Assembly (NCBI GenBank): GCA_918797485.1
Contig: CAKKNE010000002.1
Coordinates: 5,084,001 to 5,148,000 of the forward strand
Origin: Pelagomonas calceolata
Lineage: Eukaryota
DNA: 64,000 bases
Direction of reading: 5' to 3'
The position numbers and the translations under genes were made by a program. How positions within the stretch are numbered: the stretch's first letter is position 1; every line of letters begins with the position of its first letter. This document shows positions 51,019-61,159 of this stretch, piece by piece. A model generated the notes under the pieces. It searched no databases, was not told where the DNA came from, and worked only from the letters and a program-made list of their open reading frames with translations.

Positions 51019-52461
51019 TTACTCGTCGTCGTACACGACGTCCTCCACCCCCGCGCGGCAGGACGCCTCGACGCCGTCCACCCGACACCGCCGCCGGGGC
51101 AGCGCCGCGGCGCAGCGGCGGCATTCCTCGTTCGCATCATTGCCCCGCTCGTGGTCCTTGACGCGCCAGTCGCAAAAGCCGTAGAAGCCCTGCGCGTCGC
51201 GGACCAGACCGGCACCATAGGCCTTTTGCAAGGCGTCGAAGCGCCGCTTCGATTCCTCACCGTTATGAGCCATGATGAGGCGCTCCTCGCTCAACGCTCT
51301 AGCGGTCTTCCAGAGGTGCCTATCATCAGCATTGCGTTTCTCAATATACTTTTGCGTCTCGGCCCGGAGCTTGCCTTTTTTAGGAGCGTTCCAGCCCAGC
51401 AGCGGCCAGACGCCCGACCACTTGATTTCTGTGTTATTGCGGTGCGTCAGCGCGTCGGCGCGCTTCGCGAGGCGCTCGTCGCGTCGTTCGCCCAGCCGGC
51501 CCTGGATTAAATCTGTCCGCGGTTGGACAGTACGCGAGCAGGGCGGCGTTTTAGTAGAACCGTGGAGCGCGTGGCTTTTTCGGGTCGCAAACACAAAGTT
51601 ATCTGTGTCCCAGCCGAGATTTAATGATAGTAGCGTGAAGAACGTCGACAGGTCCTCGAGGACGCCAACCACCGCAAAGTCCTCGCGGAGCGCCCGCTCG
51701 GCCTCCTTTCTATATTCACGTAACCGCCGCAAATTCGTCGTGGGAGGCGCGATGTGTGGGTCTGGTGCATCAACAGATCCGCCGCTCCGCTGCAGGGCGC
51801 CGCGCCGCCCGTAGTAGCCCAGTTTACTGAGGACCACGGTGTATTCTTGCGGGGAATCACAAATCCCGCCCTTCCACTGGCAGTGGCCGCCATTTATATG
51901 AGAACACGCTTCGCAGGCGATGCGCTCCATGCGTCTGATGTCATATGGTGTCCAGCTCGACGTATTTGTGGAGAAGGGCGCCTTCAGCAGTAAATCCGTG
52001 GCGCCGCCGAGCTCGTAGTAGAGCCGCGAGACGAAGCGGGGGGTGGGGTCCCTAAGCAACGTCACTAACCTTGCTGTTCTTCGGGGCACGCCGCCACACA
52101 GCTTCATGCCCGTCGCACCGGCGACTCTATAAACTTGCGTCGCCCAGTGGCCGTCGTAGTTGCCGCAGAACTTTCCCAGTTTTCGTAATGGAAAAGACGA
52201 CCCCTCGCGCCCGTCCAAGCGCGCGCGCCACGCGCCGTAGGCCGTGTCGTCGTTGAGCACGACCCGGGCTAGTGCCGAGGCCACGGACGTGCCGCCCGTT
52301 TTATGGAGTTTGAGGTATAATGGAAGCGGCCGCTGCAGGTCTTTCGGCGACGGGCCGCTCGCGAGAGCGAGCTGGGCCACGAGGTATACGAAAACGGCGC
52401 CGGCGCCGGCGACGGCGTAGAGGCGCCTCCGTCGCTGTCTTGTTTGCATTGCTGGTCCCAT
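51019..52461 (-). CDS. Golgi-type sulfotransferase
   Basis: N-terminal TM; YLKLHKTGGTS (5'-PSB); TLLRDPTPRFVSRLYY (3'-PB). Confidence 0.85.
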   Translation of the reverse strand: MGPAMQTRQRRRRLYAVAGAGAVFVYLVAQLALASGPSPKDLQRPLPLYLKLHKTGGTSVASALARVVLNDDTAYGAWRARLDGREGSSFPLRKLGKFCGNYDGHWATQVYRVAGATGMKLCGGVPRRTARLVTLLRDPTPRFVSRLYYELGGATDLLLKAPFSTNTSSWTPYDIRRMERIACEACSHINGGHCQWKGGICDSPQEYTVVLSKLGYYGRRGALQRSGGSVDAPDPHIAPPTTNLRRLREYRKEAERALREDFAVVGVLEDLSTFFTLLSLNLGWDTDNFVFATRKSHALHGSTKTPPCSRTVQPRTDLIQGRLGERRDERLAKRADALTHRNNTEIKWSGVWPLLGWNAPKKGKLRAETQKYIEKRNADDRHLWKTARALSEERLIMAHNGEESKRRFDALQKAYGAGLVRDAQGFYGFCDWRVKDHERGNDANEECRRCAAALPRRRCRVDGVEASCRAGVEDVVYDDE

Positions 52462-52643
52462 GAGTGGTGCGGCGCGCCGCGGCGGCGTCGGCGCTCACGT
52501 GGTCCAGAGGCACGCAGGAATGCTCGGCCCTTTACGCGCAAGCTAGCAGGTGTTGCTGGCGATGCAATTAGCGCGAATCACCATCGCTTTTTGGACTCCG
52601 TCCCGCACCGGTCGATTTGTCAAAGTTGCTAATTCGACTGCTG

Positions 52644-52663
52644 CTAGCGGCCTGAGACACTAG
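52644..52663 (-). promoter_or_regulatory. CTAG-bipartite motif copy (rc CTAGTGTCTCAGGCCGCTAG)
   Basis: About 180 bp upstream of the sulfotransferase ATG. Confidence 0.65.
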
Positions 52664-52730
52664 CGCACCGGTCCAAAATAGGCCGCTGTCGAACAAGTGG
52701 CAACAAGTGGCACGTACGACGAATTACACA

Positions 52731-53864
52731 CTAGACCTCACAATTTTCGACCCCGCAATTCGGATCGGGCTCGGGCGCCGTCGCCGCGAGGAAACATGCG
52801 GCGATGAAGAGCGCACCGCCGACGCAGCCCTCGACGCCGACGGTCTCTCCCAGGAATATCAGCGAGAGGATCGCGGCCCACAAGGGCTGAGACGCGTACA
52901 CGACCTGCGCCCGCGCCGGGCCGACGGCCTGCTGCCCGCTGACTTGGAGCACGGACGCGAACGCGTTCACGAACACGCCGGACCAGATCGCGGCGGCGGC
53001 GACCGGCCAGAGGTCGCCGTCGAACGCGTCGAGCTGCGGCCCGACCGAGGACCACGCGGCGACCGCCGCCAGCACGGAGAGCCCGGCCTGCGCCGTGATC
53101 TTCGTCGTGATCAGCGTCAATGGTGCAACGCGTGAACCGTGTTCGAAGAGCCGCAAATCATAGGTCGCGTAGAAAATGGCGGCCAGCACGCAAAGGGCAT
53201 CGCCTTGCTGCGACGCGGCGGTCGCGGCGGCGGCAGGATCGAGCGTGAACACGAAAACACCCGTCAGGGCGAGGACGACGGCGGCCCAGATCCGCGGCGG
53301 GATCGGGACCCCGCGCGCGCCCTGCACCAGCGGCACGATGAGCGTCGTGAGCTGAATCAGGAACGCGCCGTGGTCCGACGACGTCAGCGAGAGGCCGTAC
53401 AAATTCGCCGTCGCGCCCAGGAACTTCCACAGACCCAATTCGCCGCCGCGGCGCCACGCCTCCGCGTCGGCGCGCGTGGCGTCCGCCGCCGCCGTCGGCG
53501 CGAGCGGCGCGGCCAGCGGCCCGAACACGAGCAGGCCCGCGAGCGCCAGCACCGCGCAGGCCGCATTCAGCAGCAACACGGGCGGCGCGTGATCTCCGCT
53601 CGTCGCGGCGTGCAGCACGGGGCTGTTCGACGCGAAGATGAGCGTGATGCCGCCGATCGTCGCGAGGCCGCGGGCGTAACTGGCCGGCGCTGCCTCGACC
53701 GCTACTGATGGCTCGGCAGCGAGCACGATGTCGCCGCGGGGGGTGTCGACCGGCAGCGGCTTATCTGTCACTGACACGGTTGGAGCGAGGCGACGTAGCG
53801 GTGCCTGCAGTGCCGCACCGGTTTGCAGGACGCATGTGATCTGCACGAGTATGACTCCTCGCAT
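52731..53864 (-). CDS. EamA/DMT-family transporter with signal peptide
   Basis: GGELGLWKFLG, GAFLIQLTTLIVPL, GQQAVGPARAQVVYASQPLWAAILS..LGE. Confidence 0.87.
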   Translation of the reverse strand: MRGVILVQITCVLQTGAALQAPLRRLAPTVSVTDKPLPVDTPRGDIVLAAEPSVAVEAAPASYARGLATIGGITLIFASNSPVLHAATSGDHAPPVLLLNAACAVLALAGLLVFGPLAAPLAPTAAADATRADAEAWRRGGELGLWKFLGATANLYGLSLTSSDHGAFLIQLTTLIVPLVQGARGVPIPPRIWAAVVLALTGVFVFTLDPAAAATAASQQGDALCVLAAIFYATYDLRLFEHGSRVAPLTLITTKITAQAGLSVLAAVAAWSSVGPQLDAFDGDLWPVAAAAIWSGVFVNAFASVLQVSGQQAVGPARAQVVYASQPLWAAILSLIFLGETVGVEGCVGGALFIAACFLAATAPEPDPNCGVENCEV

Positions 53865-54033
53865 GATTTGTCAGGAGCAATCCCAGGAGCAGTATGGTTT
53901 TGAGTAATGACTGCACGCTAGGCACTTATTGCTCGTCGTGGCCCTTGCCCCTCATGTGGAACAACGTGTAATTGCTGGCAACGCTATGCAAGGAGCCATA
54001 TGCAAGGAGCAAGCGGGGCTGCATCAGCTGGAG

Positions 54034-54056
54034 CTAGCGGTTGATAGACACACTAG
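54034..54056 (-). promoter_or_regulatory. CTAG-bipartite motif copy (rc CTAGTGTGTCTATCAACCGCTAG)
   Basis: Between divergent EamA and hypothetical genes. Confidence 0.6.
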
Positions 54057-54144
54057 AAACAGGTCGAGGTCGGACGCACAGCCGTGCCGTTCACACCAGA
54101 AGGGCAGCCCCAGCCCCAAACGACCAAAAACCGCTCCAGGAACG

Positions 54145-55041
54145 ATGCCGCCGGACCCCTACAAGCGCAGCGGCAGCAACAGCGACCTCACCGGACTGGA
54201 AGGACTGTCCAATCGACTCACGCGCGACCTGAAGCAGAACATCCGCTTGATCAAGGACTGCCCCGTGTTGTCAGATGCCTGGTGCGAGATGGCGGACTTT
54301 GTCGGGCGGATCAAGTCGATCACGGATATCGAGGCCGCGCTTCCGAAGGAGGACGAGTCGCAGACGATGTGGGAGGGCGACGAGCTAGCGTTGCGGTACG
54401 TCATGGAGGAGGGCAAGCTCAACCTGTGCTTGCGGACGTTGGTCGCGTTCCGCGAAAGTAGCTATGGCGACAGAACGGACAATGAGGCCAAGGATTGTCA
54501 TGATAGAAGTTATAGAACACAGAAGCTGGACGCCTTCGAGATCGGCATGGGCGGTTTATTAAGGAACGCCTGGGCCCACGACGAGGCCGTGCAGACGACG
54601 GACTTGCCTTTGTTGGTCGGATATGTTGCTGGCGTGTTACGGGACGCTTGCGAAAATGAAAGAATGAATAAAGAGGACATCACACAACGGCAGGAGGTCT
54701 CGTCATTGCATTACCTGAGGCATCTGTGCCGCCACATCGATAGATTACCGCGGTTCACGACATTAGCAAAAGACGAGCGCATCGTCGAAAGGGTGGTCAG
54801 TTTCTTAGATGCGCACGCGGATAAGCTGCCGAAGGACGACCTGCTCGTAGCATGTCAAGCCCTCTCCGAACTTATTGACAGCGAGGACTTCCAGACGTTC
54901 GAGGAGCAGTACCTGCCCGAGAAGAGTGGGGACCGGCTCGCCACGTTCAAAAATCGGTTCCTCGGGCCCTTCCTCGACGACTACGACACGCGCAAGACGA
55001 TCCAGCCGCTCCTGCGCCAGATCCAGGACCTCAATTACTAA
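54145..55041 (+). CDS. Hypothetical alpha-helical protein
   Basis: Open frame with typical codon usage; WEGDELALRYVMEEGKLNLCLR looks conserved. Confidence 0.7.
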   Translation: MPPDPYKRSGSNSDLTGLEGLSNRLTRDLKQNIRLIKDCPVLSDAWCEMADFVGRIKSITDIEAALPKEDESQTMWEGDELALRYVMEEGKLNLCLRTLVAFRESSYGDRTDNEAKDCHDRSYRTQKLDAFEIGMGGLLRNAWAHDEAVQTTDLPLLVGYVAGVLRDACENERMNKEDITQRQEVSSLHYLRHLCRHIDRLPRFTTLAKDERIVERVVSFLDAHADKLPKDDLLVACQALSELIDSEDFQTFEEQYLPEKSGDRLATFKNRFLGPFLDDYDTRKTIQPLLRQIQDLNY

Positions 55042-55053
55042 GTGTGTTAAAAA

Positions 55054-55607
55054 TTATTCCTCGAGATTCGCGCGCCAGAAGGGCACGCGCGGCGGGCTCG
55101 CCGGCGGCTGCATGCGCGCCACCAGGTCCGTCACGTCCGACGCGTCGAACGTCTTCAGCGAGAAGGACACGCGCCTTCTACGCTTCGCGAAGGCCGTCGT
55201 CTGAGAAGAGAAGGCGGCCTTGCGCCGCGTCGGCGTCCGCGGCAAGCTATCGGTCCGCGGCCGCGGCGACGCCACGCGTCGTCGCGCTCGTCGTCCGGCG
55301 TCACCGCAGCCACAGCTCTTTCGGAGGGCGACGGCTGGCCGAACTTGTTGAGGATGGTGTTCAGCCTCAGCTCGTCGTCGTCGGCGTCGCTCTCGTCGTC
55401 GAGGGCGCGCCCCGGCGCGTCGCAGCGGACGCTTGCGTCCTGGCGCGCGTCGGGCCGCGGCCGGCGCCGCTTAAAGGTCTGGGCGTCTTGGACCCAGGGC
55501 GGCGGCGGCGCCTCGTAGGGCTGGGGCGCCTCCCACCACTTGGTGGGGCTGCCCGCGCGCCTCGGCTCGGGCTGGGGCTGCTCGTCCTCGTCGCTCGTCC
55601 AGCCCAT
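55054..55607 (-). CDS. Hypothetical protein, possible frame break near 55275
   Basis: ATG 55607 frame appears to continue in ORF 55054-55275; no clear splice sites. Confidence 0.4.
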
Positions 55608-55754
55608 GTGAGATATCGGGGATCGGGGGCGGAAAAGGGGGCGCTCCCGGGCCCGGGCGTGCGCGCCTCGCCCCTGTTTTACGCTGGTGGATGATAAGTC
55701 CACGATCTGGTTGGTCGCCCGCGACCGAGGCGTAGTACTTTAACACACTCTATC

Positions 55755-56402
55755 TTACGAACAGACAAACGGCGGTTCCGCCGTGGGAAAAGAGACCGGC
55801 GCGACGGGATACGACGCCCCGCGCCAGTCGAGGCGCACGTCGTCGCCATCGCGCACGTCGAGGCGCTCGGACAGGCCGTGCGCCACGTGCGAGCCCACGA
55901 GTCCGAGCTTGCCGAAGCGTGACGCAGTGGTGAGCTCGTGGTACAAGCGGCCGCTCGCGCACCAGCGGAGCCGCGACGGGTCGAACGCCTCGCGCAGCGT
56001 GCCCGCGTAGCCGAGACCGTCGTCGTTGAGCCGATCGAAGACCACGATGATCTCGGCGTCAGCGGCACTATCTCCCGTGTCCGCGCGCAGCAGCGAGTAT
56101 TCGCCCAGACATTGCGACGCCCACTTACCACCGCGACGGCGTCTCAGCCCGGTGTAAAGCTCGTCGAGGAAGGTTGGGTCCTTGTATGCGGTCGCCAGCG
56201 TTCGCGCTTTATTCGTGTCCAGGTGCACGGCGCCGGCATGGTCGACGACGTACCTGTAGGAGCGCGGCCGGCCGCTACCGCGTTTTGAGGAGGCGCATCT
56301 TGCTGCGCATATGCGTGCTGGTCCGCTGCAACGACCTGACATGCTTTGGTGCCTCGCTCGCACGAATGCCGCCGCAGAGCGCTGGAGGGTCAGGAGTCTC
56401 AT
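55755..56402 (-). CDS. UPF0598/C8orf82-like (DUF4505) protein
   Basis: RSYRYVVDHAGAVHLD..ATAYKDPTFLD, SQCLGE, IVVF..L, FDPSRL..GRLYH; start uncertain. Confidence 0.75.
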   Translation of the reverse strand: MRLLTLQRSAAAFVRARHQSMSGRCSGPARICAARCASSKRGSGRPRSYRYVVDHAGAVHLDTNKARTLATAYKDPTFLDELYTGLRRRRGGKWASQCLGEYSLLRADTGDSAADAEIIVVFDRLNDDGLGYAGTLREAFDPSRLRWCASGRLYHELTTASRFGKLGLVGSHVAHGLSERLDVRDGDDVRLDWRGASYPVAPVSFPTAEPPFVCS

Positions 56403-56527
56403 GCGTGCCCAAGTCGTGCCGGCGCGCAACCTCCGACACGGAGCAGCGATATTAATGCGTCCACAACGTCCTCAAGAGTGGAGATCCATCGATGCGGCTT
56501 GCTGCGGCTCGTTGGGATTCGATCGGG

Positions 56528-56548
56528 CTAGCGTAATCGACACACTAG
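56528..56548 (-). promoter_or_regulatory. CTAG-bipartite motif copy (rc CTAGTGTGTCGATTACGCTAG)
   Basis: Between divergent DUF4505 and acyltransferase genes; one mismatch to 1776-1796. Confidence 0.65.
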
Positions 56549-56717
56549 GCTTCAGTCTGATTATTGGTTCATTTTGAACTCATTCGAGCCCTTCGCACGA
56601 CAGCGAAGCGCACGACTGTCCAATCGCCGCCGCATCACTTCGCGCTCAGTACCACGAGCACACCGCGCGCGCACCGGCGGGGCAGCCCTGGCAATGCAGC
56701 CCAGCCTGTGAGCACCA

Positions 56718-59191
56718 ATGGAGGACTACGACGAGACGCGCGCCGCAACAGACACAGGAGACGCAAGTCACCACCGCCGGGACGACGTCGACGGCCTGCG
56801 CTGCCTCGCCGTCGCCGCCGTCGTCGCCTTCCACGCGGTCGATGAGTACGACGCGGGCTTTTGTGGGGTTGACGTGTTCTTTGCGATCAGCGGTTTTGTG
56901 GTCGCGGCCTCGCTCAAAAGGCGAGAGCGCACGTCCACACGCGAGTTCCTGGTCGACTTCTACGCGCGGCGAGCGAAGCGGCTGGCGCCCGCGCTGTTTC
57001 TCACGATCCTGGCGACGGCGATTGGTCTTAGACTCGTGCCGCTACACGAACGCGACGCTCGCATAGCCTACGACGCCGCACTATGTGCTTTAGGCGGTGC
57101 GTCAAATATATTCTTCGCGGTGCTTTTTACCAATGAAAAAAAACGAGAAGCGAGGAGCTCGACCACGGAGCCGGCGGGCTACTTCGCGTCGTGGACCCGG
57201 ACGGAAGAAGACGTCTTCCTCCACAACGCCGAGGCGGACCCGTTCCTCCACACGTGGTCGCTCGGCGTCGAGGAGCAGTTCTACCTCGTCCTGCCTTGTT
57301 TATTTTTACTCGCCCATTCGGAGCGCATCCTGAACGACAACGTGGCTATTGCGGTCGCTTTGGTAGCGTGTGTACTCTCGCTCGTCTGTGGGATCGTTTT
57401 GCATGTGTTAGGCGAGGCCGACTACGCCTTCTATTTGCTACCCTCGCGGTTGTGGGAGCTCGCAGCGGGCTGGCTCGTCTGTGAATTAAATAGAGACGTG
57501 CCGGAGCGGCATGCGTTGAAAATTGATGTACTAGGGGCCGCTCTATTAGCGTGCGCGCTGGCCGTTTCGAAACCACACCAGTACCCGCTTCCCGGCGCGC
57601 TGCCCGCCATTTTGGGGACGTGCTGTATCTTGATGAATCCCCACGGCAAACTGAACGCACTACTCGCAAAAAAACCGTTCCCGGAGATCGGCCGCGCGTC
57701 GTACGGCCTCTACCTCTGCCACTGGCCCCTTTTAGTGTTATTACGGCTCGGACTCGCCCACCAGATCCTCGCGACATGTATTGCTCTGGTCATTAGTCTT
57801 CCGCTGACCTATGTTTCGTTCACTTACGTCGAAACGCCGGCGCGCAAGTGGGCGCCCAAAAGACGCGCCGCGCCGCTATTTGCCACTCTATTTGGTTTCG
57901 GGGCCTGCGCCATCGCCGTGAGTCAGCTGCGGCCGGGCGACCGATCATCATCAAGTTCAGGCGGCTACCCGGCGGAGGACGCGCTACCGGGCCCGCCCTT
58001 CTTCGGCGCCGAGTTCGACCCGAACGCGTGGGAGCGTATCAATACAAACGCCACGTGCGGCGCGGAAGCGTACTACGCGTCTTGTGACGTCATGGACAGA
58101 GGCGTGCCGTGCGCGTGTGCCACGAATTGTACGGCCACGACGCACCTCCCGGAAAAAGCGGGGCAGGGCACCATACCCTGCATGCGCACCGCGACCCCCC
58201 AGTGCCAGGGCTGGTACAGTACAAATTTCGACGCGGGGAGCTGGCCCTTTGGTGTGTGGCGGTCGGAGTGTTTCTTCCTGTCGTCCGCGGTCCGTGACTC
58301 TGTGTAGAACTTGACGCGGTCTTCATGAAGACGTCGACGCGATGCCACGCCGCCTCGACGTCGTCGAAGCGGCCGCACGAGAGGATACGCGCCTCGCGAG
58401 CGAGCCGTCGTCCCGCGCAGGCCGGCCAGAGCAGCTTCTCCTCCGAGAACGTTCGTAATTGCCTGGCACCCTGCGGCGCGGCGCGGACCGCGTATTTGAT
58501 AGGAGACTCGCACGCGGGCTCGCACGCGGCTGGTTTAGCCGCATCTTTACAAGCCTACGGCATTGAATTAAGGCACGCCTTCGCGGGCTACGGCTGCTCC
58601 TTCGCGTCGGACGCCTTCAACGAGAAGTTGTTAGATCCGGTCGGGAGCGGCTGGGCCTACGGGAAATGCACGGAATGGGTCGCTACCGTCAAAGCAGCAT
58701 TGGTCGAGTTCGCGGCGCCCGACGATCTGATCTTCACAACCACAGCAGCCTGGAAGTACGACGTCGTTGGTAATGTTGATGTGGCATTCGTGGAAGAAAT
58801 AGCGACAATCGCGCCCCTGGTCGTTTTGGGCGACGCGCCGCTGCTGAGAGGTATTTTTGGAGTCAACTGCGCCGCGCCGGAGACGCGGCCATCGTGTCTT
58901 ACGGATGAGAAGGATACGATTCCCGACGGCGCTTTACTCGCGGAGGAGACCTGGGCTGCGCGGGGCGTACGACACATCTCGGTGCGGGAGCTCTTCTGCT
59001 CGAATGGGCTGTGCGATACATACATCCCGGGCACGGATATCCTAGGATTGGTGGACTACGGCCACCTGACGACGGCGGGGTCTTTGTACCTGGCGCCGTT
59101 CCTGTCGTGCGCGCTCGAGGGACTGGGGCTCGTCGACGCCGCCGTGGCCTCTGATGACGGAGAGTGTCTGGGGTCGGTGACGGACTTGTGA
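56718..59191 (+). CDS. Acyltransferase-3 (OafA-like) fused to an SGNH domain; one intron (58290-58420)
   Basis: DVDGLRCLAV..FH, GVDVFFAISGF, FYARRAKRLAP, HTWSLGVEEQFY, SYGLYLCHWP; SGNH IGDSHA and DYGHLT. Confidence 0.88.
58290..58420 (+). other. GT-AG intron (131 nt, phase 0)
   Basis: GCG|GTCCGTGA...CCCGCGCAG|GCC joins ORFs 56718 and 58325 in frame; contains palindrome GTCTTCATGAAGAC. Confidence 0.75.
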
Positions 59192-59344
59192 TAAGTATAT
59201 AGTGTGTAGGGACGCCTCCGGCAGGGCCGCCTCCCTGTTCCTTGGCATTGCAGGAAGCTCATTTTTTAGAGAGCCCTCGCGGCGCGCTCGCGCGACTTGA
59301 TACATAAGTAGCGTCGTTAGTCGTAAGACGCCACAGTGCCAGAG

Positions 59345-61036
59345 ATGACGGAGACGAGCGAGGAGAACAAGGAGGCGCCCGAGGGCAACAACACTGGCAC
59401 AGCCAGTCCCCAGTGTCAGTGAAACTGAGGTCGCCGCGCGCCGCCGCCCGCTCGCGTCACCTCACAACGCGCGTCCGGACGGCCTCCGACCGCCGCCGCG
59501 ACACACCACTCGCGTGCGCGCGGCGCGCGCACGCTCGCAAGTCGCGACTCGACAGCCGTCGGCCCATCGCAGGCCGAGGAGAACAAGGAGAAGAAGAAGG
59601 AGAAGATAGATCCGAAGGATCCGCCCAAAAGATTCCTCAATGACGAGGAAAAGACCAAGCTGGGAGCGAACCTCGCGCCGACGATCGTGCCGACGGTCGA
59701 GACCATGCACGCCCAAATCGCCGAGAGCAAGAAGAACTCGAAGGCCGACAACAAGAAAGCTTTAAATGAGTGCGTCGAGAAGCACTGTATCCCGATGATC
59801 AACTCGCTGGCCCAGCAGATCCAAGCGGAGCGCTGGCGCCCGCGCTCAAGCCGGCGCTCATGAGCATGACAGAGCAGGTCCAAGCGGCCGAGACGGTGAA
59901 ACCCATCGATGAAAAGAAGTTGTACTCGGTGATCGGCGTGTCCTGCGCGCCGCAGATCGAGAGCCTCGCGGAGCTTGTTTCCAACGAGCGCGATAGGATT
60001 GTGGAGGACAAGTTAAGTAATACTATAGCGGCGGCAAAAGCGGCGGCGGCGAAGAAGGAGGAGGAGAAGGAGTTGATGGCCAGGGATAACCTGGCCTCGT
60101 TGAAAACTAGCTTCACCCGGAAGTCCTCGACGCATCTCATTGCGAGTCGCATCTTCCACAACAAGCACCAGTACTTCATCTTCATTCCCCTGCAGGTGAT
60201 TGTTGCGGCCATCGCAATCATCGCGTTCGTGGCCTCCTACCAAGAGGGAGAAGGGAACGTCGCTGCGGCGACGGTGCTCACGGTGATCGCGGGCGTCCTC
60301 GGCATCGTCGCGGGCTCGACGCGGCGTCCTACGCTACGTGTTTCTGACAAGACTCGTCGATTCTTTTTTGCTCTTAGGTTTCATCAACGCGCTGGATCGG
60401 TACCTAGATTGGCGCACGCAATCCGCAATGCACAAGGGGAACTCTGCTACGTATGCTAGGTTGAAAGAAGATATTATGATGGTCTCGTTGAAAAGAGAGA
60501 ACGTTGCCGAAACAATTAATCGTTACGATCAACAGCTGAAAACTCTCGAACAAAGCAACGGCGATTTACAAGTACCTTTGGAGCTCATTACCGTGTTCGA
60601 CGATGTCGAGAATATGATCCACAAGCGGGTTGAGGCCTACAACGACATGGTCAGGAAGTGCGTGGTCGTTTTCGCAGATAGACGCCACCTCATCATTGAC
60701 TACGTGAAGCAGCAAGCGATTTTGATGACCGCTTACGGATTTCTCGCAAGTAGGATTTTGACGCACAAAAGCACAAATTGTTTCTGTATCCATTGCTGCT
60801 GCCCCTGTCTGGCCCAGGAGTTCCCCTACGCGCTCCCCGAACACAGGATGCTGACTAAAATCGTGAAGAAATTGGTCGAGGAGGAAATCGCGGAGATCAC
60901 GGACGCAAAATTTTCGGAGCCGTCGGAGGACGAGTACAAGAAAGCTCAAAAATTGTCTCAGAGTATCGACGGCAGCCGGGCGCCGAAGGTTCCCGACCAG
61001 GGCGGTGCGTCTCCCTCCGCGGACAACAACGTCTGA
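59345..61036 (+). CDS. Two-TM SLATT-like domain protein (multi-exon; frame break near 59830)
   Basis: THLIASRIFHNKHQYFIFIP-TM1-TM2-FINALDRYLDWRTQSAMHKGNSATYARLKEDI; likely acceptor at 59572, intron 60314-60377; 5' exon structure uncertain. Confidence 0.6.
60314..60377 (+). other. GC-AG intron (64 nt, phase 1)
   Basis: G|GCTCGACGCGGCGTCC...TTTTTTGCTCTTAG|GT restores GIVA-G-FINAL. Confidence 0.7.
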
Positions 61037-61159
61037 AGCGCCTCGGCGCCTACGACGACGCTCGGCCCGGGCGCGGTCACCCCCATAAGCAAAATCCCCT
61101 GCGTGCGACAGCACAGCAATCCAACGAGTAAAAGAAAACACTAAATATACATACACTCC

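Noticed and set aside
466..56548. CTAG motif as a CRISPR repeat
   Set aside because: Copies are isolated, kilobases apart, variable in length and orientation; no array and no cas genes.
59359..59590. 16-bp direct repeat CGAGGAGAACAAGGAG flanking the first SLATT-gene intron as a TSD
   Set aside because: Both copies encode EENKE and the donor site could not be fixed; a coding repeat explains it equally well.
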